In this document: positions 18,948 through 28,706 of the stretch, one piece after another | Position numbering within the stretch: position 1 is the stretch's first letter | Layout of the letters: the number at the start of each line of letters is the position of its first letter | Assembly (NCBI GenBank): GCA_945862145.1 | Contig: CAMAXE010000002.1 | Coordinates: 165-64,164 of the forward strand | Length of the DNA: 64,000 bases | Reading direction: 5' to 3' | Source of the DNA: Klebsiella pneumoniae | GTDB taxonomy: Bacteria > Pseudomonadota > Gammaproteobacteria > Pseudomonadales > UBA5518 | Notes under the pieces: generated by a model | What the model was told of the DNA's origin: nothing | The model's input: only the letters and a program-made list of their open reading frames with translations | Database searches by the model: none | Program-made: the position numbers and the translations under genes

Positions 18948-19027
18948 GCCCAAAATAGCACCTCGGGCTTCCGTGTACAGCATGGTCACGGTAATGATGC
19001 GCGGGTGTTTGACATGGAGCAGGGCGA

Positions 19028-19792
19028 ATGTCCGCTGAGCGACTCGTGGCAGTGATCGGTGGCAGCGCGGCCCCCGCAGGACATGACATCGGCCTGGAGG
19101 TAGCAAGCGAGACCGATACCCCGTGGGGAAAACCCTCCGGCCCGGTGCGCGCGGGATGCATCGAGGGGCGCCGCGTGTTGTGGCTCGCGCGTCACGGAGA
19201 ACCCCATGCCATCGCACCCCATCGCGTGAATTACCGCGCCAATCTGCATGCACTGCAGACGCTGGGTGCGACCGATGTGATCGCCTTGAATACGGTTGGC
19301 GGCATCGCGCCCCACGCATCACCGGGCAGCCTGTGGCTGCCCGATCAGTTGATCGACTACACCTGGGGCCGCGCCGCAAGTTTTTATGACGGCGGGTCGC
19401 TGCCGCTCCGGCACATTGAATTCGGTGAGCCTTTTGATCCCCGGCTCCGCGCGCTGCTGGCGCGTGCGGCCGCGGACTGCGGGATTCATGTGTCGGTCAC
19501 AGGCGTCTATGGCTGTACGCAGGGGCCGCGTCTGGAGACGGCTGCCGAGATCCTCCGCATGCGGCGTGATGGTTGCGATCTGGTCGGCATGACCGCGATG
19601 CCCGAAGCCGCGTTGGCCCGCGAACTCGGCCTGCGTTATGCGAGCCTCGCGATGGTCGTGAACCCGGCCGCGGGACTTGCTGCGGAGCCGATCACGATGG
19701 AGGCAATCACTCGCGAGGCGGCAGGGTGCATCGAGCGCGTCTTGCGTGTGCTGGCCCGCGCGCTGGCGCTGGCCGATCAGGGCGTCGGCTGA
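19028..19792 (+). CDS. mtnP: S-methyl-5'-thioadenosine/thioinosine phosphorylase (PNP family 2)
   Basis: LVAVIGGS...FLARHG-type segment (WLARHGEPHAIAPHRVNYRANLHAL), TQGPRLETAAE and CDLVGMTAMPEA are typical MTAP motifs. Confidence 0.8.
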   Translation: MSAERLVAVIGGSAAPAGHDIGLEVASETDTPWGKPSGPVRAGCIEGRRVLWLARHGEPHAIAPHRVNYRANLHALQTLGATDVIALNTVGGIAPHASPGSLWLPDQLIDYTWGRAASFYDGGSLPLRHIEFGEPFDPRLRALLARAAADCGIHVSVTGVYGCTQGPRLETAAEILRMRRDGCDLVGMTAMPEAALARELGLRYASLAMVVNPAAGLAAEPITMEAITREAAGCIERVLRVLARALALADQGVG

Positions 19793-20721
19793 GCAGGAAA
19801 CGCCGGTGCTGGGTCATCTGCTACTTGGTCGGCTGGTTGCGCGGGATTGTAGGGTCGTATCGACAGTATCAGCCCCAGCAGCGGGTGATCAATGTAATGC
19901 ACCTCGCTCGGGGCGAGGCGGCGGCTCGCGTGCAGCACCACGGTGCGCGCAGCGCGTATGGGCGCGATCATGATCGGCTCGCCGGATGCGCCTGCTGCGA
20001 GCCCTGCATCTGCGTCGGTGAGCGCCCCTGGCAGGGCCATTGTGGCATCCGCTTGTTCGCCCGCTGGTGCAGGTGTTTTCTGTGGCGCACGCGGCTGCGG
20101 GATCGGCGGCAAGTCCACCCCCTGAGGGCCCGGATCCGCGCCTGCCGGGAGAAAATCGTTCAGCCAGAGATCTGCGTCGAGGTGCAGGAAATGCGAGCGG
20201 GTTATTGCCACGGAGCCTTCGAGTTCGCGGTGATCCCCCGTGCTGGCGCCGCCAGTGACCAGCAACCGCTCGGTGGTACCTTCGGCGAGCCGTGGTTCCC
20301 GCCACGCAATATGCGCGAGCAGCTTGTAACCCGGGGCATTGGCGATACGCTCGGCCGCCGCTGCAAGCGTGGTGTCGTTGCCCAAAAGCAGCACACGCGC
20401 CAATTCCTCGGGGGGCGCGGCGGCCGCAGCGCTGCCCGCCTCAGCCTGCAGTGCGCGGTCAAACTCGCTTGCCTCGAGTGCCGCGGCGTATTCCGGCGTA
20501 CCCGGCTGCAGCAGGAATTCCAGCTGTGGCGGGTAGGCCAAGGCGGGGTTGGGTGGCCATTTCTCCGCGGAGCTCGCCGGTTCGATATGACGGAAAGCGA
20601 TCAGCTCGACCTGCATCCAGGGCGCGTCCGACGTGGGTGCGGCGGCCCCCTCGGCAAGGCAGCGCCCGGCGCCACCGGCAAGCAGAAGCGAGATCGCGAG
20701 GGCAAAGCGGGAAGCGGTCAT
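19777..20721 (-). CDS. CsiV-family periplasmic protein (peptidoglycan-associated), putative
   Basis: Signal peptide MTASRFALAISLLLAGGAGRCLA. WMQVELIAFRH near the N-terminus and HYIDHPLLGLILSIRPY near the C-terminus match my memory of CsiV proteins. The ATG overlaps the mfd stop (ATGA), as in the mfd-csiV synteny of Vibrio. Confidence 0.55.
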   Translation of the reverse strand: MTASRFALAISLLLAGGAGRCLAEGAAAPTSDAPWMQVELIAFRHIEPASSAEKWPPNPALAYPPQLEFLLQPGTPEYAAALEASEFDRALQAEAGSAAAAAPPEELARVLLLGNDTTLAAAAERIANAPGYKLLAHIAWREPRLAEGTTERLLVTGGASTGDHRELEGSVAITRSHFLHLDADLWLNDFLPAGADPGPQGVDLPPIPQPRAPQKTPAPAGEQADATMALPGALTDADAGLAAGASGEPIMIAPIRAARTVVLHASRRLAPSEVHYIDHPLLGLILSIRPYNPAQPADQVADDPAPAFPAQPTP

Positions 20722-23700
20722 CGTCTGGTTGCCCTCGGGGGCGCTGTGTTGACGCGCGTGGCAAGGCGCGTGAGAAGTTCCTCGACGAAAGCGAGACGGG
20801 CGGGCCCGTTGGGCAGCGGCTCAGTGAACCGCAACCGGCTGCCGCCGCCATCGAGCCTGAACCTGCGCGGATCCTGCTGCACCAGATCGACTATCGTCAA
20901 CGGGTCGACGCGGGTGTCCTTGGCGAATTCCAGTAGACCCGAGGTGGGGCCTGCCTCTATGCGCCCGATACCGATGGCGGCTGCCAGCTGCCGCAGTCGG
21001 GCCATGCTGAACAGGTTCCGGGTCGGTGGTGGCAACGGGCCGAAGCGATCAAGCATCTCCCCCTCCAGCCTGAGCAGCGCGTCCTCGCTCTCGGCCGATG
21101 ACAACCGCTTGTAGAGCACCAGCCGGTTGTGGACATCCGGCAGGTAATCATCCGGAATCAGCGCCGGAATACGGAGATTCACCTCCAGCCCCAGACGCAG
21201 CTCGGTGTCACCGTCGGGGAGTTTTCCGGCACGCAGGGCCTTCACCGCTCGCTCCAGCAGATCCATGTACAGGCTGTAGCCGATCGCCTGGATCTGGCCA
21301 CTCTGCTCGTCACCGAGCAGCTCACCCGCGCCGCGTATCTCGAGGTCGTGGGTTGCCAGCAGGAAGCCCGCCCCCAGTGACTCGGTGCCGGCGATGGCTT
21401 CCAGGCGTTTTATGGCATCGCCCGTCATCGATTTTTCGTCGGGCGTTAGCAGGAAGGCGTAGGCCTGGTGGTGCGAGCGCCCCACGCGTCCGCGCAACTG
21501 GTGCAACTGTGCCAGACCGAATTTGTCGGCGCGCTCGATGACGATGGTGTTGGCACTGGGTATGTCGATGCCGGTCTCGATGATCGTGGTGCAGCACAGG
21601 ACATTGAAACGCTTGTGGTAGAAGTCCGACATCACGCGTTCGAGCTCGCGCTCGCGCATCTGCCCGTGCGCGACGGCCACCCGCGCCTCGGGCAACAGTG
21701 CGGTGATTGCCGCGGAGCGCTTCTCGATCGATTGCACGTCGTTGTGCAGCAGGAATACCTGTCCGCCCCGGCGTAGCTCGCGGCTCAAGGCGTCGCGTAT
21801 CACGGTCTCATCGTGACGCTGTACGAATGTCCTTACGGACAGCCGTCGGGCCGGCGGCGTGCTGATGATGGAGATGTCGCGCAGGCCCGCCATGGCCATG
21901 TTCAGCGTGCGCGGAATGGGCGTGGCGGTCAGTGTCAGCATGTCGACGCTCGCGCGCAGGGCTTTCAGCTGGTCCTTTTGGCGCACGCCGAAGCGGTGCT
22001 CCTCGTCGACGATCACGAGCCCGAGATTACGGTAGCGGACACCCGTGGAGAGTAGGCCGTGGGTGCCGATCACGATATCGATCTTGCCCTCGGCAAGCCG
22101 CGCCAGGATGTCTTTCTGCTCCTGCGCCGACTTGAAGCGCGACAGCGATGCGATGCTGAGAGGCAGGTCCGCGAAGCGATCACTGAAGGTCTCGAAGTGC
22201 TGCTCTGCAAGCAGCGTGGTGGGCACCAGCACCGCGACCTGGCCGCCGGAATGCACGGCCACGAAGGCCGCGCGCATGGCCACCTCGGTCTTGCCAAAGC
22301 CCACATCCCCGCAGATCAGCCGGTCCATCGCCCGTGGCGCGCACATATCCGCCACCACCGCCTCGATAGCGCTCAGCTGGTCGGGAGTTTCCTCGAAGGG
22401 GAAAGCGGCCGCGAAGGCCTCGTAGGCGGCGCCGGGATCCTCAAAGGCATGTCCTGGGCGCGCGGCGCGACGCGCATGGATTTCCAGCAGTTCGGCGGCC
22501 ACATCACGGATTTTCTCGGCAGCCTTGCGGCGCGCCTTCTGCCACTGGTCACTGCCTAGCCGCGCCAGCTGCACGTTGTCGGTGTCAACGCCCGTGTAGC
22601 GACTCACCAGCTCGAGTGAGGTGACCGGCACGAAGAGCTTGGCGCTCTCGGCGTATTCGATGCAAAGGAATTCCGCGCGTTCACCATCGATCTCCAGTGT
22701 CTGCAGTCCCAGGTAGCGCCCGACGCCGTGCTCGAGGTGCACCACCGGTACGCCCGCAGCGAGCTCCGCGAGATCGCGGATGCCACTGGTCCAGGCGTCG
22801 CTCTCGCGGGCGCGGCGTCGTCGCTGCAGCACGCGCCGTCCGAACAGCGCCGACTCTGCCACCAGGGCGAGCCGCGGGTTTTGCAGCGCGAATCCCGCAT
22901 CGAGCGGTGCTACCGCGAGCGCCACGCCCGCGTCGCTGGTGAGGAACTCCTGCCAGCCGGAGACGGCGGTGGCCCTGGCACCGGCGCGGCGCAACATGTC
23001 GGCCACCATCTCGCGCCGGCCTGGCGTTTCGGCGCAGAACAGCACCCGCGTATCCCGCAGCGCCAGCAGCGACGCGATCCGAGTGGCCGCATCGGCCTTG
23101 TCGGCGAACTGCAGTTGCCCCAGCGGCGAGGCGCCGAAGTCGCCCGCACCGGCGCGTTCGGGCGCTGGTTCAGGGCCAAAATCGATGCGGGTGTAATTTT
23201 TCAGCGCCGAGCGCAGTTCGTCGGGCGGCAGGCATATTTCGCGTGGATCGAGCAGCGGACGCGTGCGATCCGAGCCGAGGCTCGCATGACGCGAGCGCAG
23301 TGCGTCCCAGGCATGGTCGAGCTCCGCGCGGGCGCGCTCCTCCATGCACACCACGGTGTCTTCGGGCAGGTAGTCGAAGAGCGTGGCGCAGGCGTCGAAA
23401 AACAGTGGCAACCAGTACTCGACGCCGCCGGGCGCCACGCCACGGGCGATGTCCTGATAGTCCGGGCAGGCCCGGTGATCGTTGTCGAAGCGTTCGTGCC
23501 AGCGACGGCGGAAGGCCGCGATGGCCTCTTCGTGGAAGGGGAACTCACGCCCGGGAAGCAGATCGAGTTCGGCCAGCGCGCCGGTGCTGCGTTGGGTGTC
23601 GGGGTTGAAGTGGCGCAGGGTCTCGATGTCCTCGTCGAAGTACTCGATGCGGACGGGCTCCTCAAGGCCCATCGGGAAGACGTCTATCACGGACCCGCGG

Positions 23701-24212
23701 GCCGCGAACTCGCCGTGCTCGTAGACGTTCTCGACGGCTTTGTACCCGGCCCGGACCAGTAGCTTTCGCAGCGGTTCCGGCGGCAGGTGCAGGCCCGGTT
23801 TGAGCGCGAGGGTCCCGGCAGCCACGAAAGCCACGGGTGCAAGCCGCTGCATCAGGGTAGCCACCGGCACCAGCAGAATCAGCGGGTCTCCCGCAGTCAG
23901 TCGGGCCAGGGCCCGCAGGCGCTCCGAGACCAGATCCTGGTGTGGCGAAAAGCGGTCGTAGGGGAGGGTTTCCCAATCTGGCAGGCGAAGGGTCCGGGCG
24001 GCGAGCCCGCCCTCGGCCGCGAAAAAGGCAATCTCTGCCTCCAGCCGTTCTGCGGTGCCGCTGTCGGCGGTCACCACCAGCAGGGTGCGGCGCAGTCCCG
24101 CGGCCGTTGCGGCGAGGACCATCGCGTCGGCGCCAGCGGGCAGGGCGCCCCAACGCAGGTGGTCTCCGGGCCGCGCGAGCGGGGGATTCAGGGGGTCGAA
24201 TGGCATGGGCAT
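20718..24212 (-). CDS. mfd: transcription-repair coupling factor
   Basis: GDVGFGKTEVAMRA (Walker A), VIVDEEHRFG, RGRVGRS and TRG-type segments. About 1160 aa. First ATG is 24212; the ORF-track start at 24254 is a TTG. Confidence 0.95.
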   Translation of the reverse strand: MPMPFDPLNPPLARPGDHLRWGALPAGADAMVLAATAAGLRRTLLVVTADSGTAERLEAEIAFFAAEGGLAARTLRLPDWETLPYDRFSPHQDLVSERLRALARLTAGDPLILLVPVATLMQRLAPVAFVAAGTLALKPGLHLPPEPLRKLLVRAGYKAVENVYEHGEFAARGSVIDVFPMGLEEPVRIEYFDEDIETLRHFNPDTQRSTGALAELDLLPGREFPFHEEAIAAFRRRWHERFDNDHRACPDYQDIARGVAPGGVEYWLPLFFDACATLFDYLPEDTVVCMEERARAELDHAWDALRSRHASLGSDRTRPLLDPREICLPPDELRSALKNYTRIDFGPEPAPERAGAGDFGASPLGQLQFADKADAATRIASLLALRDTRVLFCAETPGRREMVADMLRRAGARATAVSGWQEFLTSDAGVALAVAPLDAGFALQNPRLALVAESALFGRRVLQRRRRARESDAWTSGIRDLAELAAGVPVVHLEHGVGRYLGLQTLEIDGERAEFLCIEYAESAKLFVPVTSLELVSRYTGVDTDNVQLARLGSDQWQKARRKAAEKIRDVAAELLEIHARRAARPGHAFEDPGAAYEAFAAAFPFEETPDQLSAIEAVVADMCAPRAMDRLICGDVGFGKTEVAMRAAFVAVHSGGQVAVLVPTTLLAEQHFETFSDRFADLPLSIASLSRFKSAQEQKDILARLAEGKIDIVIGTHGLLSTGVRYRNLGLVIVDEEHRFGVRQKDQLKALRASVDMLTLTATPIPRTLNMAMAGLRDISIISTPPARRLSVRTFVQRHDETVIRDALSRELRRGGQVFLLHNDVQSIEKRSAAITALLPEARVAVAHGQMRERELERVMSDFYHKRFNVLCCTTIIETGIDIPSANTIVIERADKFGLAQLHQLRGRVGRSHHQAYAFLLTPDEKSMTGDAIKRLEAIAGTESLGAGFLLATHDLEIRGAGELLGDEQSGQIQAIGYSLYMDLLERAVKALRAGKLPDGDTELRLGLEVNLRIPALIPDDYLPDVHNRLVLYKRLSSAESEDALLRLEGEMLDRFGPLPPPTRNLFSMARLRQLAAAIGIGRIEAGPTSGLLEFAKDTRVDPLTIVDLVQQDPRRFRLDGGGSRLRFTEPLPNGPARLAFVEELLTRLATRVNTAPPRATRR

Positions 24213-24308
24213 CGAAACCGGAGAAATTGCGCTGGGCGCCGAGTTGCGGGGCAATGAGAGCTACAGGAATAATACGACGCCGACCCCCAATCAGTCTCCG
24301 AGGCTCCT

Positions 24309-25805
24309 ATGCCAATTCGCAAGCGTCCCAAACCCGCGGATTACTTCAGCGACTGGAAGCAGCGCGAAGCGCTCGCGGAATCGATGATCCCCATCGTCGG
24401 CCGGCTGAGCCGGGAGCGGAATGTGCGGGTGAGCGTCTACGGTCGCTCGCTGGTCTCGCAGTCGGTGCTCGAGATCATGAAGACCCACCGCTTCGTGCGG
24501 CAGGTCGAGCACAACGAGCTCTCGGAATTCGACACCTTTCCGATGATCGAGACGTTGAGCCGCATGGAACTCGGCACGTCGGATATCGACATCGGCCGCC
24601 TCACGGTGGCGTGGATCGGCGGCCCGCGCGACAGCGGTGAGACCCCCGAGGCATTTCTCGCCCGGGAGCTCGCGCCGATCATCGGTAGTGGCTCGAGCCC
24701 GCTGGCGCGTCCGCGGGACGTGGTGCTCTACGGCTTCGGGCGTATCGGCCGCCTGATGGCGCGCCTGCTGGTAGAGCGCACGGGAGGCGGGAACGCGCTG
24801 CGCCTGCGCGCCGTGGTGGTCCGCAAATCGGGCGACGATGATCTCGTCAAGCGCGCCGCGCTCCTGCGCCGCGACTCGATCCATGGCTCCTTCAAGGGCA
24901 CCATTCGCGTTGACGAGGAAACGCAGTCCTTCGTTGCCAACGGCAACGAAGTGAAAGTCATCTACGCCGATTCTCCGGAGTCTGTGGACTACACCGCCTA
25001 CGGTATCGAGAACGCGATCATCATCGACAATACCGGCAAGTGGCGCGACGAGGCAGGGCTCTCGCGGCACCTGCAGGCCAAGGGCGTCGACAAGGTGATC
25101 CTGACCGCTCCGGGCAAGGGCAATTTGCCCAATATTGTCCAGGGTGTGAACCACCGTGACCTGCAGCCCGGGCAGCGCATCATCACGGCGGCCTCCTGCA
25201 CCACCAACGCCATCGTGCCGGCGCTGAAGATCATCCAGGAGGAGTTCGGTATCGTCTCGGGTCACGTCGAGACCGTGCACGCTTACACCAACGACCAGAA
25301 CCTGATCGACAACTACCACGACAAGAACCGCCGCGGCCGCAGTGCTCCGCTCAACATGGTACTCACCGAGACCGGTGCGGCAAGCGCGGTCGCGAAGGTG
25401 CTCCCGGCGATGGCCGGCAAGCTGACGGGCAACTCGATACGCGTTCCGGTGCCGGATGTCTCGATGGCCATTCTGCACCTCACCCTCGAGCGCGAGACCA
25501 GCGTCCTGGAGATGAACGAGTTCATGCGCTGGGCCTCGTTGCATTCCTCGCTCAGCGAGCAGATCGACTACACCGCCTCCCCCGAGGTAGTGTCGTCGGA
25601 CTTCATCGGCTCCCGTGCCGCCTGCGTCCATGATGCCCAGGCCACCATCGTGCAGGGCCGCTCAGTGATCCTCTACCTCTGGTACGACAACGAGTTCGGC
25701 TATGCCTGCCAGGTACAGCGTTTGCTGGAGCATGTCTCCGGTGCGAGCTATCCGGTGTTTCCCGCCTCCGACCCGGTTGCCTGGCGTTGGCCGCGCGAGT
25801 CCTGA
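24309..25805 (+). CDS. gap: glyceraldehyde-3-phosphate dehydrogenase, long (~490 aa) form
   Basis: VLYGFGRIGR (NAD fold), catalytic ASCTTNAIVP, and WYDNEFGY. Long N-terminal extension, as in the Pseudomonas gene next to mfd. Confidence 0.9.
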   Translation: MPIRKRPKPADYFSDWKQREALAESMIPIVGRLSRERNVRVSVYGRSLVSQSVLEIMKTHRFVRQVEHNELSEFDTFPMIETLSRMELGTSDIDIGRLTVAWIGGPRDSGETPEAFLARELAPIIGSGSSPLARPRDVVLYGFGRIGRLMARLLVERTGGGNALRLRAVVVRKSGDDDLVKRAALLRRDSIHGSFKGTIRVDEETQSFVANGNEVKVIYADSPESVDYTAYGIENAIIIDNTGKWRDEAGLSRHLQAKGVDKVILTAPGKGNLPNIVQGVNHRDLQPGQRIITAASCTTNAIVPALKIIQEEFGIVSGHVETVHAYTNDQNLIDNYHDKNRRGRSAPLNMVLTETGAASAVAKVLPAMAGKLTGNSIRVPVPDVSMAILHLTLERETSVLEMNEFMRWASLHSSLSEQIDYTASPEVVSSDFIGSRAACVHDAQATIVQGRSVILYLWYDNEFGYACQVQRLLEHVSGASYPVFPASDPVAWRWPRES

Positions 25806-26809
25806 GCGCAGTCCTGCTGCTTGCAGCCTGTCTTGCAGGCTGCAGCGCTGGTCCGGACGTGCTGCGTTTCGAGGGGCCCACCATGGGCACCCGCTACCAC
25901 GTTACCGTGGTGGACACCCCCGGCGGGGCCGGGCGCGGGGAGTACCAGTCCGATCTGGATGCCGTGCTCGCGCGCGTCGACCATTCGATGTCGACGTGGC
26001 GCGCTGATTCCGAGATCTCCCGTCTGAATGCCGCACCGGTCGGTGCCTGGCTCCCTGTCTCTGCGGAACTGTATGCCGTGCTGGCGGAGGCCCTCGCGGT
26101 GCATTCCCTGAGCGGCGGTGGCTTCGATGTCACCGTGGCTCCGGTGCTGGCGGCCTGGGGGTTCGGGCCCGGTGCCGGCGCCCCGCATCTGCCGTCGCTC
26201 ACTGAGCTCGATGCCCTTGCGGGCCGCGTGGGCAGCGCGGCAATAGAACTCGCCGACACGCCACCGCGCGTACGAAAAAACGCAGCTCGCCAACTCGAAC
26301 TCGGGGCTATCGCGCCGGGTTATGCAGTCGATCTGCTGGCCGCGGCTTTCGCCGCCCGGGGGGCGCGTAACTTCATGATCGAGTTGGGTGGCGAGGTGCG
26401 TACTGCGGGTCGCAACGGTGCCGGGCAACGCTGGCGTATCGGCGTCGAGCAACCCGATGCCGCACCGGGTACCCCCGCGATTGCCGTAGAACTTGAAGGC
26501 GAGTCGATCTCGACCTCGGGCGATTACCGGGAGTTTTTCGTCGCTGCCGGGCAGCGGTTCTCGCACACGATCGATCCGCGTACGCGCCGGCCGGTGGCGC
26601 ATTCACTGGCATCCGTCACGGTCATCGCGGGCGATTGCATGCGCGCTGATGCCATGGCCACCGCGCTGATGGTGCTCGGACCTGAGGCGGGTCTTGCACT
26701 CGCCGAGCGCGAGGGCCTGGCGGTCTTTCTGGTATTGCGCACCGAGGCCGGCTTCGAAACGCGCGAGAGCACCCGCCTCGGATCCTACCTGCGCACTCCC
26801 GCATCCTGA
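25787..26809 (+). CDS. apbE: FAD:protein FMN transferase (ApbE), lipoprotein
   Basis: TTG start. Lipobox LLLAACLAGC, then GPTMGTRYHVTV, ISRLN, GGFDVTV, GAIAPGYAVD, TSGDYREFF and SHTIDPRT. Overlaps the gap 3' end by 19 nt. Confidence 0.85.
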   Translation: MAARVLSAVLLLAACLAGCSAGPDVLRFEGPTMGTRYHVTVVDTPGGAGRGEYQSDLDAVLARVDHSMSTWRADSEISRLNAAPVGAWLPVSAELYAVLAEALAVHSLSGGGFDVTVAPVLAAWGFGPGAGAPHLPSLTELDALAGRVGSAAIELADTPPRVRKNAARQLELGAIAPGYAVDLLAAAFAARGARNFMIELGGEVRTAGRNGAGQRWRIGVEQPDAAPGTPAIAVELEGESISTSGDYREFFVAAGQRFSHTIDPRTRRPVAHSLASVTVIAGDCMRADAMATALMVLGPEAGLALAEREGLAVFLVLRTEAGFETRESTRLGSYLRTPAS

Positions 26810-26819
26810 AAAGCCAGCC

Positions 26820-27539
26820 TCAGCGCGTCAAGGCTGCGTGCATCAGGGTGGGTACATCGGTGATCAGGCTGTCGAGGCCCCGCTCGCCCAGCATGCGCGC
26901 AACATCGGGTTTGTTGACCGTCCACGCCGAGACATGCAGACCCGCAGCGTGCGCCGCCGCAATCCGCTTTTCGCTGCAGAGCCGCCAGTCCAGCGCCACC
27001 ATCCAGGCGCCCAGCGCCACCGCCGTTTGCACGGGATCGGGGCGTACGCGGTCGGCCACCAGTCCCAGTGGAATCTCCGGCGCCACGCGGCGGACTTCCG
27101 CCAGCAGCAAGGGGTCGAACGAGGTCACGGTGGCCCGTTCGTAGAGATTGCGCTCGGTGTAGAGCGACAACAGGCACAGCGCGACCTTGCGGCGCTCAGC
27201 GGGCCCTGCAGGCTTGCACTCGAGCTGGTAGTGGCGCATGGCGGGAAAGGCATCGAGCACTTGCGAGATCGTCGGCACCCCTTGCGGCTCGGCGCATTCG
27301 GGGCCGGCACGTCGCGCATCGAGCGCCCACAGCGCCTTGCTGTCGAAACGGGCCACCTTGCCGCGGCCGTTGGTGGTGCGCTCCAGCGTGGGGTCGTGGA
27401 TCACCACCAGTTCCCCGTCACTCGCGAGGTGAAGATCGAGCTCCACGCGGTCCACGCCCGCCTGCAGCGCACGGCTGAAACTCGCGAGCGTGTTCTCGGG
27501 GGCCTCGGCGCGTGCCCCGCGGTGTCCGTAGATCAGCAT
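26820..27539 (-). CDS. ugpQ: glycerophosphodiester phosphodiesterase family protein
   Basis: MLIYGHRGARAEAPENTLASF...VELDLHLASDGELVVIHD carries the GDPD catalytic motifs. The start overlaps the stop of the upstream DAHP synthase (TGATG). Confidence 0.8.
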   Translation of the reverse strand: MLIYGHRGARAEAPENTLASFSRALQAGVDRVELDLHLASDGELVVIHDPTLERTTNGRGKVARFDSKALWALDARRAGPECAEPQGVPTISQVLDAFPAMRHYQLECKPAGPAERRKVALCLLSLYTERNLYERATVTSFDPLLLAEVRRVAPEIPLGLVADRVRPDPVQTAVALGAWMVALDWRLCSEKRIAAAHAAGLHVSAWTVNKPDVARMLGERGLDSLITDVPTLMHAALTR

Positions 27540-28642
27540 CAGTTCCAGAGCCTCTGGCGTTTCTCGTAGGCCTCGCGGCAGATGGCGACATCCTCGAGGA
27601 AGCGGGGCAGTTCATCGAGCAGAAGCGCCTGCGGCCCGTCGACCAGTGCCTCGCGCGGTTTGGGGTGGAAGTCCACCAGCACGAGATTGGCGCCGGCCAC
27701 CACGCCCTGTGCCGTGGCGTGGGCGAGATCGAGGATGTGGTCGGGTGCGGCATCGCGGGTGCCGACCGAGTGGGAGGGATCCACGCAGACGGGCATGCGG
27801 GTCAGGCGCTTGATCACAGGGACATGCGCGAAGTCCACCAGGTTGCGGTGGGGCGCGCCGGCATCGGTCTTCATGCCCCGCAGGCAAAAGATCACCCGTG
27901 AATTGCCCTCGCTGGCGAGGTACTCCGCGGCATTCAGCGACTCGTTCAGCGAGATCCCGAAGCCGCGTTTCAGCAGCGCTGGGTAGGTTTGCTGGCGGCC
28001 GATGGATTTCAGCAGTTCGAAGTTCTGCGTGTTCCGGGTGCCGATCTGCAGCAACACCCCGGTGGGACGGCCCAGCTTCTCGAGGCAGGTGTCGATCTCC
28101 TCGACGTGACTCTCGTGGGTGACCTCCATGGCAATCACGCGGATACCGTGCTTGCCGGCCAGTTCGAACACCCACGGCAGGCAGCCGGCGCCGTGTCCCT
28201 GGAAGGAGTAAGGATTGGTGCGGGGTTTGTAGGCACCCATGCGCGTGCACTGCTGGCCGTTGTCGGCGAGCGCCTGCAGCATGTCCGCGACGTTGCGGGG
28301 GTTGTCCACCGCGCACAGGCCCGCCATCACGTGCAGGTTATCCTGCGAGAAGGTGACACCGTTGTACTCGAAGCCCGCGAGACGCTTCTCGTCCTTGTGG
28401 CGCCCGAGCATCCGGTACTCCTCGGAGATGCGCACCACGCGTTCCACCCCGGGCAGCGCCTCGATCTCGGCCTTGTCGAGGGCATGGGTGTCGCCCAACA
28501 GGTAAATCTCGGTGAGTTTCTGCTGTTGCCCCTGCACCACGTGCATACGCAGTTCGATGCGGGGAAGCGCACGCAGATGCTCGAGCGTGCGGTTGAAGTC
28601 TTCACCGGTCTCGTCGATGTCGGGATGCAGGATCAGGAGCAT
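27539..28642 (-). CDS. 3-deoxy-7-phosphoheptulonate (DAHP) synthase, type I-beta with N-terminal ferredoxin-like regulatory domain
   Basis: The core has GAYKPRTNPYSFQG, LQIGTRNTQNFELL and VCVDPSHS. An ~80-aa N-terminal domain precedes it, as in Thermotoga-type DAH7PS. Confidence 0.85.
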   Translation of the reverse strand: MLLILHPDIDETGEDFNRTLEHLRALPRIELRMHVVQGQQQKLTEIYLLGDTHALDKAEIEALPGVERVVRISEEYRMLGRHKDEKRLAGFEYNGVTFSQDNLHVMAGLCAVDNPRNVADMLQALADNGQQCTRMGAYKPRTNPYSFQGHGAGCLPWVFELAGKHGIRVIAMEVTHESHVEEIDTCLEKLGRPTGVLLQIGTRNTQNFELLKSIGRQQTYPALLKRGFGISLNESLNAAEYLASEGNSRVIFCLRGMKTDAGAPHRNLVDFAHVPVIKRLTRMPVCVDPSHSVGTRDAAPDHILDLAHATAQGVVAGANLVLVDFHPKPREALVDGPQALLLDELPRFLEDVAICREAYEKRQRLWN

Positions 28643-28706
28643 GCGTGGGAAGCCTGTTCAGGTTTTGATCGGGAGTTAAAAGGAAAAATCTGCTTCGTAA
28701 AGAGGG

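Noticed and set aside
24213-24254. TTG 24254 as the mfd start (adds 14 residues).
   Set aside because: The first ATG (24212) gives a length closer to characterised Mfd proteins, and the extension has no conserved features. The choice remains uncertain.
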